IMG/VR virus record: IMGVR_UViG_3300027747_000649
Coordinates: 1 to 56,672 of that record
Origin: a virus
Lineage: Duplodnaviria; Caudoviricetes
Direction: 5' to 3' (one strand)
DNA length: 56,672 nucleotides
Shown one piece after another: positions 54,237-56,672 of the stretch. The position numbers were made by a program, and so were the translations under genes. The notes under the pieces are model-generated. The model did no database searches. It was given only the letters and a program-made list of their open reading frames with translations, and was not told where the DNA came from. How positions within the stretch are numbered: the first letter of the stretch is position 1; each line of letters begins with the position of its first letter.

Positions 54237-54776
54237 TCAACACATCTTTCCGCGAGTCTTACCACGCTGGGCAATACCATCTGCACGGCTTGATGCTTTG
54301 GAAACCGATCCGCCTTTGGCATAACCACCCATGCCTGCGCCCATAGCGCGTGCGCGAATTGGTTGTCGGCCTTGACGAGCCATAATGTTTTTTACTGCGT
54401 CAACCATTTTTTCACTTTGCTCTGCACCGGGAGCAGACCGCATAGACCCCATCTGCCCGCCGCGAATTGGCATGGGCATTGGGCGGCTTCGTTTGGGGGC
54501 AACATCTTCTTGAGTTGGACCAAACTCTGGGATAATGCGCTCAGGCGGAAAATCCATTTCTTGAGTTGGACCCGGCTCTCCGATAATGCGCTCAGGCGGG
54601 AAATCCATTGGCATTGGGCGGTCCATTGGTCTGATAATGCGCTCAGGCGGAAAATCTTGGGCCTGCGGGGTTGGCGTGCGGCCCATCATCTTAGCCAAAT
54701 TAGCCGCGCCGTCTTGCTGGTCGTCAGAAGCCGTGATCCCGCCTTCATCATACCGTTTTGTTTTACGAGTTGCCAT
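54237..54776 (-). CDS. Low-complexity protein with DFPPERII repeats
   Basis: 179 aa; AAGGAG RBS; ends ADGIAQRGKTRG. Confidence 0.7.
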   Translation of the reverse strand: MATRKTKRYDEGGITASDDQQDGAANLAKMMGRTPTPQAQDFPPERIIRPMDRPMPMDFPPERIIGEPGPTQEMDFPPERIIPEFGPTQEDVAPKRSRPMPMPIRGGQMGSMRSAPGAEQSEKMVDAVKNIMARQGRQPIRARAMGAGMGGYAKGGSVSKASSRADGIAQRGKTRGKMC

Positions 54777-54786
54777 AATATTCTCC

Positions 54787-55377
54787 TTAGCAAGCGCCGC
54801 CGCGCATCATTTTTACTTGGGTGCCTTTGGTCTTGCCTTTAGTAGCAATACCGTTAGCTGATGCGCGGAATGTACCGCCTTTAGCCAGCTTCAAAGACGT
54901 GCCCTTGCCGCCTTTGTGCTCTTGAGCGTCGTGCTGCTTAAAAGCTTTTTTAATCATGGCTTTGTCTTGGGCTTTGTCCATCATGCCGCCTTCAGCCATG
55001 CCGCCTTTTTTCATGCCCATCATCTGTTTTTTATCCATAGCCATGTCGGCTTTAGAACCTTCGCGCATGCCTTTAGATTCGACGTCTTTGCCAGACTTTT
55101 CAAATTTAGCCATGCCGCCTTTAGCCATTTTGCCTATGCCATCAGCAGCAAAGTCGGGAACCATTTTGCCGCCCTTATTAACCATAGTCATACCGCCATC
55201 TGCGTATCCGCCCATACTCATCTTTTTCATGTCGCCACCTTTTGAGAATTTGCGGCCCTTGTCCGCAGTTGAAAAGTCTTTGCCCACAGATTGTGGGACC
55301 CCTACCTTTTTAGCAAACGATGGCGAATGTGCAATCGCTTCCATAAAGTTGTGCTGTTTTTTACTCGTGCTGGGCAT
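54787..55377 (-). CDS. Met/Lys/Gly-rich protein with repeated xxKGG/xxEGG motifs
   Basis: 196 aa; MPSTSKKQHNFM start. Confidence 0.75.
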   Translation of the reverse strand: MPSTSKKQHNFMEAIAHSPSFAKKVGVPQSVGKDFSTADKGRKFSKGGDMKKMSMGGYADGGMTMVNKGGKMVPDFAADGIGKMAKGGMAKFEKSGKDVESKGMREGSKADMAMDKKQMMGMKKGGMAEGGMMDKAQDKAMIKKAFKQHDAQEHKGGKGTSLKLAKGGTFRASANGIATKGKTKGTQVKMMRGGAC

Positions 55378-55606
55378 TTGACGTCCTCAGATTATCAATC
55401 TTACGCTCAAGTCGATCAAAACGGTCAAGTAATTGTTGCATGTCCGCCCTGAATTCAGTTCGCGTAATATGGTCACGCGCAACTTCTTCCCGGGTCCGGT
55501 TTAACAAAATGCTTAGCCGATCCAACTCGTCAAACTTGCCTTTAAGCAAAAAGCCCATAACCGCCACAATGGCGCTTAGGGCTGCGTTCCAAAGCATCAT
55601 TTCCAT
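55361..55606 (-). CDS. Membrane-anchored small coiled-coil protein
   Basis: N-terminal TM helix; LLNRTREE...FDRLERKID. Confidence 0.7.
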   Translation of the reverse strand: MEMMLWNAALSAIVAVMGFLLKGKFDELDRLSILLNRTREEVARDHITRTEFRADMQQLLDRFDRLERKIDNLRTSNAQHE

Positions 55607-55607
55607 G

Positions 55608-55871
55608 TCAGCACTTCCATCTTGCTAGTGCAGCCGCCTTGCGGGTAGGCTTGCCTTTTTCGTCCTTCATAGGACCGGGCATGCCCGACATGCGGGCACA
55701 GAATGAATCTTTACGTGGCCCGCCTTGTGGCTGCGGAGCTTTGAGGTTGCTGCCTGTTGCAGCGTTGTACTTGGCCCGGCCTTTGGCAGTCAAACCCGCA
55801 CCCTTGGACACGGGCAGTTTCTCGCCACGGCCTACAGCCAAAGATGGGGTTTTCTTTTTGGTCGCCATCAT
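55608..55871 (-). CDS. Small basic protein
   Basis: GLTAKGRAKYN...SFCARM...ALARWKC. Confidence 0.75.
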   Translation of the reverse strand: MMATKKKTPSLAVGRGEKLPVSKGAGLTAKGRAKYNAATGSNLKAPQPQGGPRKDSFCARMSGMPGPMKDEKGKPTRKAAALARWKC

Positions 55872-56602
55872 GCCGCCTTCAGCTTGGAGTTGTAAATGTT
55901 TTCCATCAAAGGCATTACGACCTCTTCCCGGAAATTACGACTGAATTCATTCGCGCCTACGTGCGGCAAGCTGATGTCTACGTCAATGTAAACTGTGAAA
56001 CCCATTTGAGCAGCGCGGTCGCAGAACAAGTAATCTTCGCCTACGTACTTGCCATCAACGATAGCAAAGTCAAACACGGCCGATACTGTTTCAGTCGGTG
56101 ATTTTTCGTAGGCCCACTCAGGGTGGACAAACACCATCTGCTCAAGAACATGCCGCTGGATCAACATGAACCCCGTGGGCGCACGTTCGACACGCATCAG
56201 TGACCCATCAAACTCCAGATCGCCGTTGGCGTCAAAATACAGGTCAGCAAAAAAGTTTTGGTCTTTGGCTCTGCGTGGGTACGCACCAGTGGTGATGTCT
56301 TTGTCACCGCTCTGAGCCATCAACCGCAAGATGTCGTCTGCCGTAACAATTACATCGCTATCAATGAACAACAACTCTGTTGCGTCCGTCTTCAAAAACT
56401 CATGAACCAAAGAGTTTCGCGCCATCGTAATGATGGAGCAGTTGGACAGATCAGACAAAATAACAGACACACCAAGCTGCATTGCTTTGGGCATAAGCTG
56501 CGCCAGAGCAAAAGCAGTCTTGATGTTTAACTTCCCATCATAGGTGGGTATGCCGATAAACAGCTTGCGCCCATTCAGAGTTGTCTGCTTGGTTTCAGCC
56601 AT
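55868..56602 (-). CDS. GT-A fold glycosyltransferase-like protein
   Basis: FIGIPTY, ARNSL, LLFIDSD (DxD), TGFMLI, GEDYLFC. Confidence 0.75.
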   Translation of the reverse strand: MAETKQTTLNGRKLFIGIPTYDGKLNIKTAFALAQLMPKAMQLGVSVILSDLSNCSIITMARNSLVHEFLKTDATELLFIDSDVIVTADDILRLMAQSGDKDITTGAYPRRAKDQNFFADLYFDANGDLEFDGSLMRVERAPTGFMLIQRHVLEQMVFVHPEWAYEKSPTETVSAVFDFAIVDGKYVGEDYLFCDRAAQMGFTVYIDVDISLPHVGANEFSRNFREEVVMPLMENIYNSKLKAA

Positions 56603-56672
56603 AATAAATGTTGCAAGCAGCTACGTTAGATAGATAGGCATAAACGCCGTTTACAGCCAACACGCCATCATC
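56595..56672 (-). CDS. C-terminal fragment of a small structural-module protein (5'-truncated)
   Basis: ...DDGVLAVNGVYAYLSNVAACNIYYG*, overlapping the next start codon. Confidence 0.6.
   Translation of the reverse strand, partial: DDGVLAVNGVYAYLSNVAACNIYYG

Noticed and set aside
1-56672. Integrated prophage or alternative genetic code
   Set aside because: No host genes, integrase or att-like junction seen; both ends fall in the same structural operon; genes read intact in the standard code.

Overview
The window holds most of a tailed dsDNA phage genome, linearised inside the major capsid gene. It looks podovirus-like: there is no tape measure or tail sheath, but there are several large internal/ejection proteins. 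The left end lacks the last codons of the capsid gene and the right end starts inside a small structural gene, so probably only a small piece of a ~58 kb genome is missing (inference). Minus-strand late arm: TerS-like, LexA-type DNA-binding protein, TerL, portal, GroES, scaffold, capsid. It continues from the right end through a glycosyltransferase, small basic proteins, head-tail proteins, an Endo VII-type nuclease, two tail fibres, lysis genes, tail protein, internal virion proteins and a 2335-aa polyvalent protein. The early/middle arm (8.9-24.6 kb) has many small genes, TOPRIM primase, SF2 helicase, a ParB-like protein, PD-(D/E)XK nucleases, ERF and SSB. I recognise no DNA/RNA polymerase or integrase. 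The most striking unexplained element is a ~820 bp non-coding island (19540-20360). It contains a tRNA-Met(CAT) and a repeated set of structured RNA units sharing a CAUG/CAGY stem motif with variable inserts. Other notable features are two dispersed repeat families, two RBS-proximal pseudoknots, a lysin relic, and shared short motifs across predicted virion cargo proteins. All family calls come from motif recognition by eye, not database searches. A betaproteobacterial freshwater host is only a guess from gene style.
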